DNA from: an uncultured Clostridia bacterium
GTDB taxonomy: Bacteria > Bacillota > Clostridia > TANB77 > CAG-508
Direction of reading: 5' to 3'
Assembly (NCBI GenBank): GCA_944393395.1
Contig: CALYAB010000003.1
Coordinates: forward strand, 1-51,775
Length of the DNA: 51,775 nt
Each line of letters starts with the position of its first letter. The first letter of the stretch is position 1. The position numbers were made by a program, and so were the translations under genes. Under the pieces are notes generated by a model, which was not told the origin of the DNA, ran no database searches, and saw nothing but the letters and a program-made list of their open reading frames with translations. Of this stretch, positions 10,163 through 20,393 are shown piece after piece.

Positions 10163-11410
10163 CTATGGTAAATAATTTACTGGATTAACTCTGTTATTAT
10201 ATAATCCTGGGCTTGTTCTTACTTCAAAATGTAAGTGTGGTCCTGATGAATTTCCTGTACTTCCTACATTCATTATTTGTTGACCTTGTGAAACATATTG
10301 TCCTTCAGACACTCTTATAGAACCTGCCTGTCCATGGGCATATAATGTATATAAACCATTATAATGAGCTATTAATATATAATTTCCATAACTATAATTT
10401 AACGCTTTTGCTGTTACTACATATCCATCGGCTACTGCATATACTGGTTGTCCATTTATTCCACCTGATCCAAAGTCAACAGCGCCATGATATTGTCCAC
10501 TTGAATAATACATATATGTAGTTATCCTAGTGTATCCACTTGGTACTGGATATATAAATCCTGATGAACTTACAGCTCCTCCACCTGTTGAAGTACCTCC
10601 TGAAGAAGATGATGATGAACCACCACTTGAAGAACTTCCTGATGATGATGGCCTTTGTTGCTGTAATTTCTTTTGAATTTCTGCTTGTTTTTGTTTTATT
10701 TCAGCATCTATTGATTTATTAGCTTCTTCTAATTCATCTATTTGTTGTTGTAAATCTTGTTCTTGAGAAGATAATTGTGCTACATATGTATCTTTCTCTG
10801 CTTTTGCATTTTGTAATTGAGTAGACATACTTTCTTTTTCAGCTTTTGATGAATCTAATTCTTGTTTACTTGTTTCTAATGTTGTTTTTGCTTCTTCAAT
10901 TTCTTTCTTTTCATCTTCTATTTTTTTCATTAAATTCATATCAGCTTCTGCAATTTCTGATACTAAATAATAGTTTGATATCAAATCTGTTAAACTTTCA
11001 GAAGAAAGTAATACATCTAAAAATGAAGTTTCTCCTGCTTCATATGTTGCTACTAGTCTTTTTTGCAATAATTCTTGTTGTTGATCATAATTTTCCTGTT
11101 TTTCATTTATCTTGTTTTCTGCATCTGCTATTTGGTTATTTAAATCTGATATTTTTGTATCTAAATCGTTAATTTGATTTTCATAATCTGATATTTGATT
11201 TTGTAATTCTTCTACTTGTTGTAAAGTTTCACTTTTCTCCTGTGTTACTTCTTCTTTTTGATTTTCTGCATCTTTTAATTTATCTTCATTTGAAGATTGT
11301 TGCTTTTGTAAGTCTGTTATTTCATTTGCATACACCATGAAAGTACTATAATGCAATATCAAAATTGCAATTATTAATCCCACTAGTATCTTTAAAAATG
11401 TCTTTTTCAT
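10163..11410 (-). CDS. Coiled-coil + M23 murein hydrolase (EnvC/PcsB-like), paralogue 3
   Basis: Signal peptide, long coiled coil, Ser/Gly linker, HGAVD...HLHFEVR. Confidence 0.92.
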   Translation of the reverse strand: MKKTFLKILVGLIIAILILHYSTFMVYANEITDLQKQQSSNEDKLKDAENQKEEVTQEKSETLQQVEELQNQISDYENQINDLDTKISDLNNQIADAENKINEKQENYDQQQELLQKRLVATYEAGETSFLDVLLSSESLTDLISNYYLVSEIAEADMNLMKKIEDEKKEIEEAKTTLETSKQELDSSKAEKESMSTQLQNAKAEKDTYVAQLSSQEQDLQQQIDELEEANKSIDAEIKQKQAEIQKKLQQQRPSSSGSSSSGGSSSSSSGGTSTGGGAVSSSGFIYPVPSGYTRITTYMYYSSGQYHGAVDFGSGGINGQPVYAVADGYVVTAKALNYSYGNYILIAHYNGLYTLYAHGQAGSIRVSEGQYVSQGQQIMNVGSTGNSSGPHLHFEVRTSPGLYNNRVNPVNYLP

Positions 11411-11428
11411 ATGTTTCCCTCCTTATTA

Positions 11429-12598
11429 TTAAGGTAAATATGGTGCCGGATTTACTGGTGTTCCATTTACTCTTACCTCAAAATGTAAATGATATCCTGT
11501 TGAATTTCCTGTTGTTCCTACACTCATGATTTGTTGTCCCTGGCTGACTGTTTGTCCAGCACTAACTAATCTAGATCCTGGTGCTCCATGTGCATATAAT
11601 GTCATTGTTCCATCATGGTGATTGATAACTATGTATTCTCCATAACTTCTATAACTTCCATTTGAATATTTTAATGCTGTTGAAGTTACAACTGTTCCTG
11701 TTTTTGCAGCTAATACTGGTTTTCCTGCTATTCCTGAACCTGTAAAGTCAACTCCTGTATGTCCACTATATCCCATCCAACCACATGTAATTCCATATCC
11801 AACTATTGGCCTTATATATCCACTTGAACTTGGATTGTTAGAAATATTTGAAGTATTATAACTTGCTGATTCTTTTTTTGCTATTGCAGCTAGCTGTGCT
11901 TGTATATCTCTTTTATCTTGTTCAAATTGTTCTAGTTCTGCTTGTGTATTTTTTTCATCTTCATTTAATTGTTCAACATAACTATCTTTTTCAGCTTTAG
12001 CATTTTGTAATTCTGTTGTTTTTTGCTGTTTTTCTGCTCTAGTATTATCCAAATCTTGTTTACTTGTTTCTAATGTTTGTTTTGCTTGTTCTAATTCTTC
12101 TTGCTCTTTTTTTATCTTTTCCATTAATTGCATATCACTTTCATTTATTTCAGATATTAAATAATAATTAGATATTAAATCTGTTAAGCTATCTGAAGAA
12201 AGTAATACATCTAAATAAGAAGTTTCACCAGCTTCATAAGTTGCTACTAATCTTTTTTCTAATAATTCTTGTTGATTATCATAATCGTCTTGTTTTTCAT
12301 CTACTTTATTTTGTGCTTCTTCTATTTGAGAGTTTATATCTGATATTTTATTGTTTAATTCATCTATTTCTGATTGATATGATGAAATCTGTGTTATTAA
12401 TTCTTCCACTTGCTGTAAAGTTTCTGACTTTTCCGCATTTATATTTTCTAATTCTTCTTTAGCCTCTTGTATTTTTTGGTCTGTTTCACTACTACTAGCA
12501 TTTAATTCTGATTTTGTTGCTGCTATTACAACATTATATTGTAACATAATAATTACTATAATTAATACTCCTAATATTTTGAGACCAATTTTTTTCAT
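11429..12598 (-). CDS. Coiled-coil + M23 murein hydrolase, paralogue 2
   Basis: HTGVD...HLHFEVR; RLVATYEAGETS shared with paralogue 3. Confidence 0.92.
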   Translation of the reverse strand: MKKIGLKILGVLIIVIIMLQYNVVIAATKSELNASSSETDQKIQEAKEELENINAEKSETLQQVEELITQISSYQSEIDELNNKISDINSQIEEAQNKVDEKQDDYDNQQELLEKRLVATYEAGETSYLDVLLSSDSLTDLISNYYLISEINESDMQLMEKIKKEQEELEQAKQTLETSKQDLDNTRAEKQQKTTELQNAKAEKDSYVEQLNEDEKNTQAELEQFEQDKRDIQAQLAAIAKKESASYNTSNISNNPSSSGYIRPIVGYGITCGWMGYSGHTGVDFTGSGIAGKPVLAAKTGTVVTSTALKYSNGSYRSYGEYIVINHHDGTMTLYAHGAPGSRLVSAGQTVSQGQQIMSVGTTGNSTGYHLHFEVRVNGTPVNPAPYLP

Positions 12599-12662
12599 TT
12601 TTATTTCTCTCCCTTTTCTCTTTTTTAGATAATGTTTTTTACATCACCCTTTTATTTGTACT

Positions 12663-13865
12663 TTATTGTGTTGTATTTGTATCTTCTGTTCCTTCATCTT
12701 TATTTTGTGATTCAGGAATTACTCCATTTGTTATATACTCAATTGGATTGGTTACTACACCATTTATTCTAACTTCAAAATGTGCATGTGGTCCTGTTGA
12801 ATATCCTGTTGAACCAACCTTTAGTATAGGGTCATTTCTTTTTACTGTCTGTCCTACTGTTACTAATATTTCTGAGCCATGTGCATATAATGTCGAAATT
12901 CCTCCGCCATGGTCTATAATTACCATATTTCCATATGCTGTATTATATTCTGCTTTTGTGACAATTCCGTCATTTGCAGCTACAAAGTTCGCACCTATTG
13001 GCGCACTTATGTCTACACCTGTATGCAATTTATATTGTCCTGTAATTGGATGTACTCTCATTCCATAATTAGAGGTAATTTTGGTATATCCTGGTACTGG
13101 CCAAGCAAGCACTCCTCCTATATATTCTGTATCTAGACCTTGTTTTGCAAGTTCTAAAATTTGATCATTTATTGCATCATATTGTTGAGTTATTTCATCT
13201 ATTTGTGCTTGTTTTGCTTTTTCCTCCTCTGATAACCTTGATACATAATTTTCTCTTAGAGTTTTTGTATTTTGTAGTACTGTTGATGTTTTAGTTTGTG
13301 TTTGCAATGCTGTAGCTAGTGATTCTTGATTTTTTTCTAATTTTTGTTTTGATAATTCTATTTCCTTTTTTTCTGCTTCTACCTCATTTAACAATTCTTT
13401 ATCAAGAGATGTTATTTCGCTAATCAAATAATAATTTGATAAAAACTCTGAAAGATCACTTGATTTTAAAAGTACATCTATATAGTTTGTATCACCAGAT
13501 TCATAAATTGCAACAAGTCTTTTTTCCATTATCGTTTTTTGCTTTTCATAATTTTTTTCTGCCACATCTAGCTTAGACTGAATTTCAGAAATCTCTGCCT
13601 GTAATTTTCCTATTTTTTCATCTAACTCTGAAATTTGATCTTCTGAAGTCTTTATTTTTTCATCAAGTTTTTCTATTTGTTGTAAATTTTCTGATAATTG
13701 ACTTTGTACTTCTTCTAATTCTTCATTAGATTCAGTAAGTTGATTTTGTAAATCTTGTTGCTGGTTTTGCAAATCTGTTAAACTATTGTCATCTTCTGCA
13801 TATACTATTGTTATATATGTACAAGTAATTATAAAAGCTAAAACAATACATAAAATTTTACGCAT
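12663..13865 (-). CDS. Coiled-coil + M23 murein hydrolase, paralogue 1
   Basis: RVHPITG..KLHTGVD...HAHFEVR; directly after ftsX. Confidence 0.92.
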   Translation of the reverse strand: MRKILCIVLAFIITCTYITIVYAEDDNSLTDLQNQQQDLQNQLTESNEELEEVQSQLSENLQQIEKLDEKIKTSEDQISELDEKIGKLQAEISEIQSKLDVAEKNYEKQKTIMEKRLVAIYESGDTNYIDVLLKSSDLSEFLSNYYLISEITSLDKELLNEVEAEKKEIELSKQKLEKNQESLATALQTQTKTSTVLQNTKTLRENYVSRLSEEEKAKQAQIDEITQQYDAINDQILELAKQGLDTEYIGGVLAWPVPGYTKITSNYGMRVHPITGQYKLHTGVDISAPIGANFVAANDGIVTKAEYNTAYGNMVIIDHGGGISTLYAHGSEILVTVGQTVKRNDPILKVGSTGYSTGPHAHFEVRINGVVTNPIEYITNGVIPESQNKDEGTEDTNTTQ

Positions 13866-13876
13866 GCTCTACTCCT

Positions 13877-14791
13877 TTATACTTTTAAATATTTTCTCAT
13901 AGAAATAATACTTCCTAATGCTCCTATTCCTATACCTAGTAACATATATACAAATATTATTGAACTAAACATATCTGAGAATCCTACTAAAGTAACTCCC
14001 ACCATTTTCATAAATTGAGAATTCACCATTTGTTCTGCTATAAAATTATATGCTATAGCTACTAATACTATTGAAATCGCACTTGATATTATTCCTATAA
14101 TCATACCTTCTACAATAAAAGGCCATCTTATAAACCCATTTGTAGCACCAACATATTTCATAATTGATATTTCTTTTCTTCTGGCATGTACAGTTAATTT
14201 TATAGTATTTGCAATAATAAATATAGAAATTACTATTAATAATACTAAAATTACACCTGTAACTATCTTTATACCATTAGCTAAATTGATTAATGTTGAT
14301 ACTGTTTCATCTGAACTTGTTATCTTTTTTACATTTTCTAATTTTGATATTTCATCTTGAACTTGTCCACTTAAGTTTAAATCTGTTAAAGTTACAACAT
14401 ATGAAGCAGTAAAAATATTGTTCTCTCCTTCATATCCATCTAGTAATTCTTCATTGTCTGAAAATTTTTCTTTCATTTGATCTAAAGCTGCTTCTTTTGA
14501 TTTGTACTCGATTGTATTTACTCCATTTATTTTTTTTATTTCTTCACCTAATTGTTGTACTTGTTCGTCTGTTGCTTCTTCTGTAGCAAAAACTTGTATT
14601 CCTTGAGCATCCTCTACTTCTCTTACAAAATGATTTATGTTTTCACCTAATATTAAGAAAACTCCAAATATAATCATTGTTGCACACATTATCATTAATG
14701 ATGCACCTGTAGACTTTTTATTTTTAAATACATTACTAAATCCTTCTCCAATTAAATAACCTAATATATTATATCTCACAATCATACCCAC
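13877..14791 (-). CDS. ftsX: Cell division permease FtsX
   Basis: IANTIKLTVHARRKEISIMKYVGAT..FIRWPF; true start probably a few codons in. Confidence 0.95.
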   Translation of the reverse strand: MGMIVRYNILGYLIGEGFSNVFKNKKSTGASLMIMCATMIIFGVFLILGENINHFVREVEDAQGIQVFATEEATDEQVQQLGEEIKKINGVNTIEYKSKEAALDQMKEKFSDNEELLDGYEGENNIFTASYVVTLTDLNLSGQVQDEISKLENVKKITSSDETVSTLINLANGIKIVTGVILVLLIVISIFIIANTIKLTVHARRKEISIMKYVGATNGFIRWPFIVEGMIIGIISSAISIVLVAIAYNFIAEQMVNSQFMKMVGVTLVGFSDMFSSIIFVYMLLGIGIGALGSIISMRKYLKV

Positions 14792-15455
14792 CTTTTTTAT
14801 CGTCTCTTATTATTTCACCTTTTCTAATATGAATTACTCTTTTTTTCATTTTGTCTACAATATCTTTAGCATGTGTTGCAACTACAACTGTTGTTCCTCT
14901 CATATTAATATCATTTAATAATGTCATAATATCCCAAGCTGTATCTGGATCCAAGTTTCCTGTTGGCTCATCTGCTATTAACATTGATGGATTATTTACT
15001 AATGCTCTTGCAAGTGCTACTCTTTGTTGTTCTCCTCCTGATAATTCATTTGGATACATTTTTGCTTTTCCACTTAATCCAACTAATGATAAAACCATTG
15101 GTACTTGTCTTCTTATATGTCTTGGTGTTGCTCTTACAATATACATAGCATAAGCTACATTATCATATACAGTTTTGTCTGGTAAAAGTCTGAAATCTTG
15201 AAATACAACTCCCATACTTCTTCTTAAATATGGAATTCTATTTGGTTTTAAAAATGTAGTATCTTTTCCATTAATAATAATGTTTCCTGATGTTGGTTCC
15301 TCTTCTTTTAGAATTAATTTTATTAATGTAGATTTTCCACTTCCTGAAGAACCAACTAAAAAAGCAAATTCTCCCTTGTCTATTCTAAAATTGGCATTTT
15401 TTATTGCTCTAGTTCCTGTTCCATATGTTTTTGTAACATTTCTAAATTCAATCAT
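14769..15455 (-). CDS. ftsE: Cell division ATP-binding protein FtsE
   Basis: GSSGSGKST, VFQDFRLL, LSGGEQQR, ADEPTGNLDP. Confidence 0.96.
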   Translation of the reverse strand: MIEFRNVTKTYGTGTRAIKNANFRIDKGEFAFLVGSSGSGKSTLIKLILKEEEPTSGNIIINGKDTTFLKPNRIPYLRRSMGVVFQDFRLLPDKTVYDNVAYAMYIVRATPRHIRRQVPMVLSLVGLSGKAKMYPNELSGGEQQRVALARALVNNPSMLIADEPTGNLDPDTAWDIMTLLNDINMRGTTVVVATHAKDIVDKMKKRVIHIRKGEIIRDDKKGGYDCEI

Positions 15456-15647
15456 CTTTTGCTCTCCTTATATGTTTTTTTGCATAATAACCTATTTTAT
15501 TTATTTTCCTATCTAATCATAACAATAAACAACAAAATTTGCAATAGTTTTTATTTAAAAAATCTATTAATTTTGTTGTTTTTTTATTTATTTATTCAGC
15601 TTTTCTCCGTTTTTCTCTATTTTAAAAAATTCACATAAAATTTACAA

Positions 15648-16583
15648 TTAACTACAAATATCTATTACTGATTGTACAATTTTCTCACTTGTTAATCCAA
15701 AGTATTCCATAAGTTCTACAGCATTTCCTGATTTTCCAAAAACATCATTTATTCCTAATCTAACTAATTTGCAAGGATACTCATCTGTCAAAACTTCTGA
15801 AATAGCACTACCTAATCCACCAATAATATTATGATCTTCAACAGAAATTAATCTTTTTGTTTCTTTTGCTGATTTAACAATCATTTCCTTATCAATTGGT
15901 TTTATTGTATGAACATCTACAACTCTTATATTTATTCCTCTATTAGCTAATATTTCTTTTGCCTTAATTGCCTCCGCTACAGTTACTCCTGTTGCAAATA
16001 TTGTAGCATCTGTTCCATCTCCTATTTGGATAGCTTTTCCTATTTCAAATTTTTGATTTTCTTCATATATAATCGGTGTAGCTAACCTTGCTAATCTTAA
16101 ATATACAGGACCATTTATCTTTGATATTTCTTTAACAGCCCATTTAGTTTCTATGTCATCACACACAGACATTACTGTCATATTAGGTAATGTTCTCATC
16201 AAAGATATATCTTCTATCATTTGATGGGTTGCACCATCTTCACCTACAGTTATTCCACTATGTGTCGCACATATTTTTACATTTAATTTTGGATAACAAA
16301 TACTTGAACGTATTTGATCATATGCTCTTCCAGCTGCAAATGCTGCAAATGTACTTACATAAGGAATTTTCCCACAAGTTGACATTCCTGCTGCAACTCC
16401 CATCATATTAGCTTCTGCTATTCCCATATCAAAAAATCTTTCTGGGAATTTTTTAGCAAATATATTTGTTTTGGTTGCACCTGCTAAATCAGCATCTAAC
16501 ACAACTATATTATTATTTTCTTCTCCCAATTTTTCCAAAGCTTCTCCATAACTTTGTCTTGTAGCTTTTTTCTCCTCTTTCAT
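15648..16583 (-). CDS. Transketolase C-terminal (pyrimidine-binding + C) subunit
   Basis: ATRQSYG, GIAEANM, GEDGATHQ, EDHNIIGGLGSA; start at MKEEK after SD GGAGG. Confidence 0.9.
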   Translation of the reverse strand: MKEEKKATRQSYGEALEKLGEENNNIVVLDADLAGATKTNIFAKKFPERFFDMGIAEANMMGVAAGMSTCGKIPYVSTFAAFAAGRAYDQIRSSICYPKLNVKICATHSGITVGEDGATHQMIEDISLMRTLPNMTVMSVCDDIETKWAVKEISKINGPVYLRLARLATPIIYEENQKFEIGKAIQIGDGTDATIFATGVTVAEAIKAKEILANRGINIRVVDVHTIKPIDKEMIVKSAKETKRLISVEDHNIIGGLGSAISEVLTDEYPCKLVRLGINDVFGKSGNAVELMEYFGLTSEKIVQSVIDICS

Positions 16584-16596
16584 AAAAACCTCCATT

Positions 16597-17499
16597 CTAC
16601 AGCGTTGCCCCTATAATACCTGCATCATTATTTAAAATTGCTGTTTGAATTATTATTTCTTTTCTATCATTAAACAATAAATTACCTTTTAAAATTCTTC
16701 TTTTTAATTTTTCTAAGAAAACCTCTTCATAAAAAACAAAACTTCCACCTATACCTATCGCCTCTGGTTCAAATATATTTACTAAATTTGATATTCCTAT
16801 ACTTAAATATTCAATATATTCATCTATAATTTTATTTATTTTACTATATTTTTCATTATTAGGATTATTTTTTCTTATAATATCCAACAATTCTTTACCA
16901 CTTGTTTTCTCATCTAGATTTAAGGCTTTTCTTAGATTATCTTTAAAAGCTTTCATTGAAGCATACTTTTCCCAACATCCTCTTTTTCCACAATTACATT
17001 CCTTACCATTTTTCTCAATTATTATATGCCCAAATTCACAACCAGGCAAATCACCTGTATCTAATAATTTATTATCAATTATTACAGCTCCTCCTATGCC
17101 AGTTCCTAAAGTTAAAAATACATTTCTATTAAATGACTTTAAAGTACCATATTTATTTTCAGCTATTGCTGCACATTTGGCATCATTTCTTATTTTTATT
17201 GGTATATCTATTTCTGTCTGAAGCCTTTCCGAAATTTTATAATTTTTCAATCCTAAATTTACTGATTTTATAACAACTCCATTTTTTACAGTTCCAGGAA
17301 TTGCAATTCCAACCTCTGAAATTTTATATTCGCTTATAAATAATTTTACTTTTTCAAATATATATTCTTCTATAGTTTTCTTTATATTGGCTTTTTCTGC
17401 TTTCATTATTCTTTTTTGCACTTTTTCTACTATTTTTCCTTTATTATCAACAACTCCAATAGCTATATGGCTACCGCCTAAATCGATGCCTATTTTCAT
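16597..17499 (-). CDS. ROK family sugar kinase (glucokinase-like)
   Basis: IGIDLGG, NDAKCAA, TLGTGIGG, EFGH...CNCGKRGCWE. Confidence 0.92.
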   Translation of the reverse strand: MKIGIDLGGSHIAIGVVDNKGKIVEKVQKRIMKAEKANIKKTIEEYIFEKVKLFISEYKISEVGIAIPGTVKNGVVIKSVNLGLKNYKISERLQTEIDIPIKIRNDAKCAAIAENKYGTLKSFNRNVFLTLGTGIGGAVIIDNKLLDTGDLPGCEFGHIIIEKNGKECNCGKRGCWEKYASMKAFKDNLRKALNLDEKTSGKELLDIIRKNNPNNEKYSKINKIIDEYIEYLSIGISNLVNIFEPEAIGIGGSFVFYEEVFLEKLKRRILKGNLLFNDRKEIIIQTAILNNDAGIIGATL

Positions 17500-17620
17500 T
17501 ATTGTTCACCACTTTCTATTTTTTTATTATTTTCGCTTTCATTATATCATACGCTATTTAAAAAATCATCATTTTATAATAAATTATTCTAAAGATGTTG
17601 ATATATCATTTTATAAGCTG

Positions 17621-17733
17621 TGAGCTACAAGAACAAATCGGAAAGCCTTAACATTTGTACTAATTTTATCTTTTCTCTTTGGCTTTCCGTAAATTTGTTC
17701 AGCGCCAAATTTATGTAATAAATTTGTGTGCAA
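17621..17733 (+). repeat. Structured intergenic motif, copy 2 (homologous to 7284..7390)
   Basis: TGAGC..GAACAAAT/ATTTGTTC and GCGCCAAATTTAT/ATAAATTTGTGTGC stems. Confidence 0.7.
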
Positions 17734-17860
17734 CGTATTTTTATATATTAGAAAGTCATCATGACTTTCCTAATATATAAAAAATGTTTAAACACTAATA
17801 TTTGAAAAAATTTAGCATTTAAACATTTTAAAGAATAATTTTTATTCTTTAGCAAACTTC

Positions 17861-19207
17861 CTAAACTCCATAAGCTGAGAACAAGAAATTTCCCATATAA
17901 ACTTGAATACAAGGTACCAATACAACTAATACGAAGAATATTAAAACTACTCCAACTACTGCATAAACCACTTGAGGCAATACCTTCATTATCTTTTCCA
18001 TTATATTATCAATATCTATCTGCATATATTCAACCAACTTTTCCATCATTTCTGCCAAGTCAGTTTGCATACCTATTTTTAACATCTCTGTTATCATTGA
18101 TTTTGCTAAACCAGATTGTTCAAATGGTTCAATCCATGAAGTACCTGTTAATATATTATTTATTGATGTCTCTATCATTGATAGCATTACATAATTTTTT
18201 ACTACATTTTTACTTACTTCAATTGAGTCTTGTATTCTCATACCATTTCTTAAGTTTAATAGCATGGCCTTTAAAAACCTAGAAAAATCTAATGCAAATA
18301 TCAAATCTCCAAATATTGGCATTTTATATTTGAAATAATGAAAATTATATTTTCCCTTTGGTGTGTTAATATAAAATATTACACCTGCTGCTACTATAGC
18401 TAATAATACTACAGGAATATACCAATATGCTATCATAACATCGACGACATCAGCAAACCATAAAGTTATTGCTGGCAATTCTTCTTCTGTTCCTAATTCA
18501 TCAAATATTCCTTGAATTGTAGGAATTGCTATTAATGTTCCTGCAAATAACATTACTAAAAGCAAAACAAATTGTACAATATTAGGTACTAATATTGATT
18601 TTAATTTTCTATTTAAAGCATCTGACTCCTCTAAATATTTTACTGCTTGTTGTAATGAATTTGTAAGCGAACCTGATAATTCTCCTACTTTTATCATATT
18701 TATATATATATATGGAAATACATTTGAATAGTATTCCATAGTTGTATACATATTTTCACCAGCTTCAACTCCAGCTAATATATCTTCTAATATACCTCTA
18801 AAAGAAATATTTTCTGTACTCTGAATTATAGTATCTAATGCGTGTATATTATTAAAGTTTGCCTTTTTTAATAAATAGAAGTTCTGTGTAAATATTATAA
18901 TATCTCTACTAGTAATCTTCTCTGATTTGGCAAAGTATAAGTTTATCTTTTCCTTTGTTGATAATTGCTTTGGTTTACTTCTACCAATATTTGTAGTGTT
19001 TACATTTTTCATAATTTCTTGTATATCAGTAATATTCTTTTTTGCCTTTTTTTGTTGTTTACCAATATACCTAATTTGTTCTACATCTATTGGTAATAAT
19101 CCATTACTTTTTAATGTTTTTAACAAATTTTGTTTACTAGACGCTTCTATTCTATTTCTAACTACTAATCCAGAATCCGTCATAGCTCTATATATATAAG
19201 TTGGCAT
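17861..19207 (-). CDS. pilC: Type IV pilus platform protein PilC (T2SS F family)
   Basis: MPTYIYRA, NMIKVGELSGSL, three TM segments. Confidence 0.9.
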   Translation of the reverse strand: MPTYIYRAMTDSGLVVRNRIEASSKQNLLKTLKSNGLLPIDVEQIRYIGKQQKKAKKNITDIQEIMKNVNTTNIGRSKPKQLSTKEKINLYFAKSEKITSRDIIIFTQNFYLLKKANFNNIHALDTIIQSTENISFRGILEDILAGVEAGENMYTTMEYYSNVFPYIYINMIKVGELSGSLTNSLQQAVKYLEESDALNRKLKSILVPNIVQFVLLLVMLFAGTLIAIPTIQGIFDELGTEEELPAITLWFADVVDVMIAYWYIPVVLLAIVAAGVIFYINTPKGKYNFHYFKYKMPIFGDLIFALDFSRFLKAMLLNLRNGMRIQDSIEVSKNVVKNYVMLSMIETSINNILTGTSWIEPFEQSGLAKSMITEMLKIGMQTDLAEMMEKLVEYMQIDIDNIMEKIMKVLPQVVYAVVGVVLIFFVLVVLVPCIQVYMGNFLFSAYGV

Positions 19208-19219
19208 TTTTTACCTCCT

Positions 19220-20326
19220 CTATAGATTTTTAGACCCTTTTTTGATTTTTAATTGCATAATTGTCCTATTTAAAATTTCTTGATTTTTTTCTTCTATTTG
19301 TGATTTAGCTTGTTCTAAAGTGATTTTGTCTTCTACAAATAATTCTGCAAGTGAATTTATTAATCCTATACTTCCTTTTTCTAAATTACTTTGTATTGCA
19401 TCTTCAATTTCAGAAACACTTAATTTTTCTTTTCTAATAATTCCTGCTACAATATTGTCAACTACCATAACTTCTGGCACTAATACTAATTTTCCATCTG
19501 TACCTTTTAATAGTCTTTGAGATACAACTAATTTTAATAATGCTGACAATAAATATTTTATACTTGCTTGATCTCTAACTTCATAGAAGTTTATCATTCT
19601 ATCTATTGTTTCAGCACAAGATTTTGTATGCAATGTTCCAACTACAAGATGTCCTGATTCAGCCATTTCTATTGCTGCTTCCATAGTTGTTTTATCTCTA
19701 ATCTCTCCAATAACCAAAATATCACAGTCTTCTCTTAGAGAGTTTTTAACACCATCACTAAATGTTAATACATCTCTACCTTTTCCTACTTCTTTTTGTA
19801 CAATTAATGATTTTTTTGAATGATGCTTATATTCTATAGGATTTTCTAGTGTTAAAATCTTTTTATTTTGATTTTCATTAATATAATCTATCATTGAATT
19901 TAGTGTAGTACTTTTACCTGAGTTTGTTTTTCCTGTAACTAATATTAATCCTTGTGGTTGATATGTCATTCTTCTAACTACATCTGGTATTCCTAATGTT
20001 TCATATGGTGGTAGTTCATTTTTTATAAGTCTTAATGTACATGTAGGTATATCATCTGAAGAAGATATATTTACTCTTAGCCTTATATCTTTATATTCAT
20101 AAGATAAGTCTAATTTTCTAGTTGTATTATATACTTCATCTTTGTCTACATTTCCCTTCACCAAATAATCATAAGCTTCTGCCATATCTTCTTCTGTAAT
20201 TGGATCCATTTCTTCTATTTCTATCAAATCTCTTGCAATTCTAAGCATTGGCTTATTTCCATAAATCAAATGAACATCTGAAGCATCTTTTTCCATTGCT
20301 ATATCCAAGATCTTGTCCATATTCAT
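19220..20326 (-). CDS. pilT: PilT/PilU-type retraction ATPase (divergent)
   Basis: ASDVHL, GKTNSGKSTT, TLENPIEY, GEIRD, AESGHLVVGTLHT. Confidence 0.88.
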   Translation of the reverse strand: MNMDKILDIAMEKDASDVHLIYGNKPMLRIARDLIEIEEMDPITEEDMAEAYDYLVKGNVDKDEVYNTTRKLDLSYEYKDIRLRVNISSSDDIPTCTLRLIKNELPPYETLGIPDVVRRMTYQPQGLILVTGKTNSGKSTTLNSMIDYINENQNKKILTLENPIEYKHHSKKSLIVQKEVGKGRDVLTFSDGVKNSLREDCDILVIGEIRDKTTMEAAIEMAESGHLVVGTLHTKSCAETIDRMINFYEVRDQASIKYLLSALLKLVVSQRLLKGTDGKLVLVPEVMVVDNIVAGIIRKEKLSVSEIEDAIQSNLEKGSIGLINSLAELFVEDKITLEQAKSQIEEKNQEILNRTIMQLKIKKGSKNL

Positions 20327-20393
20327 AGCTTATTCCTCCTTAGTTATTTTCATGAATTTTTTTGCCTTATAGGAAATACAATTTCCTATAAGG

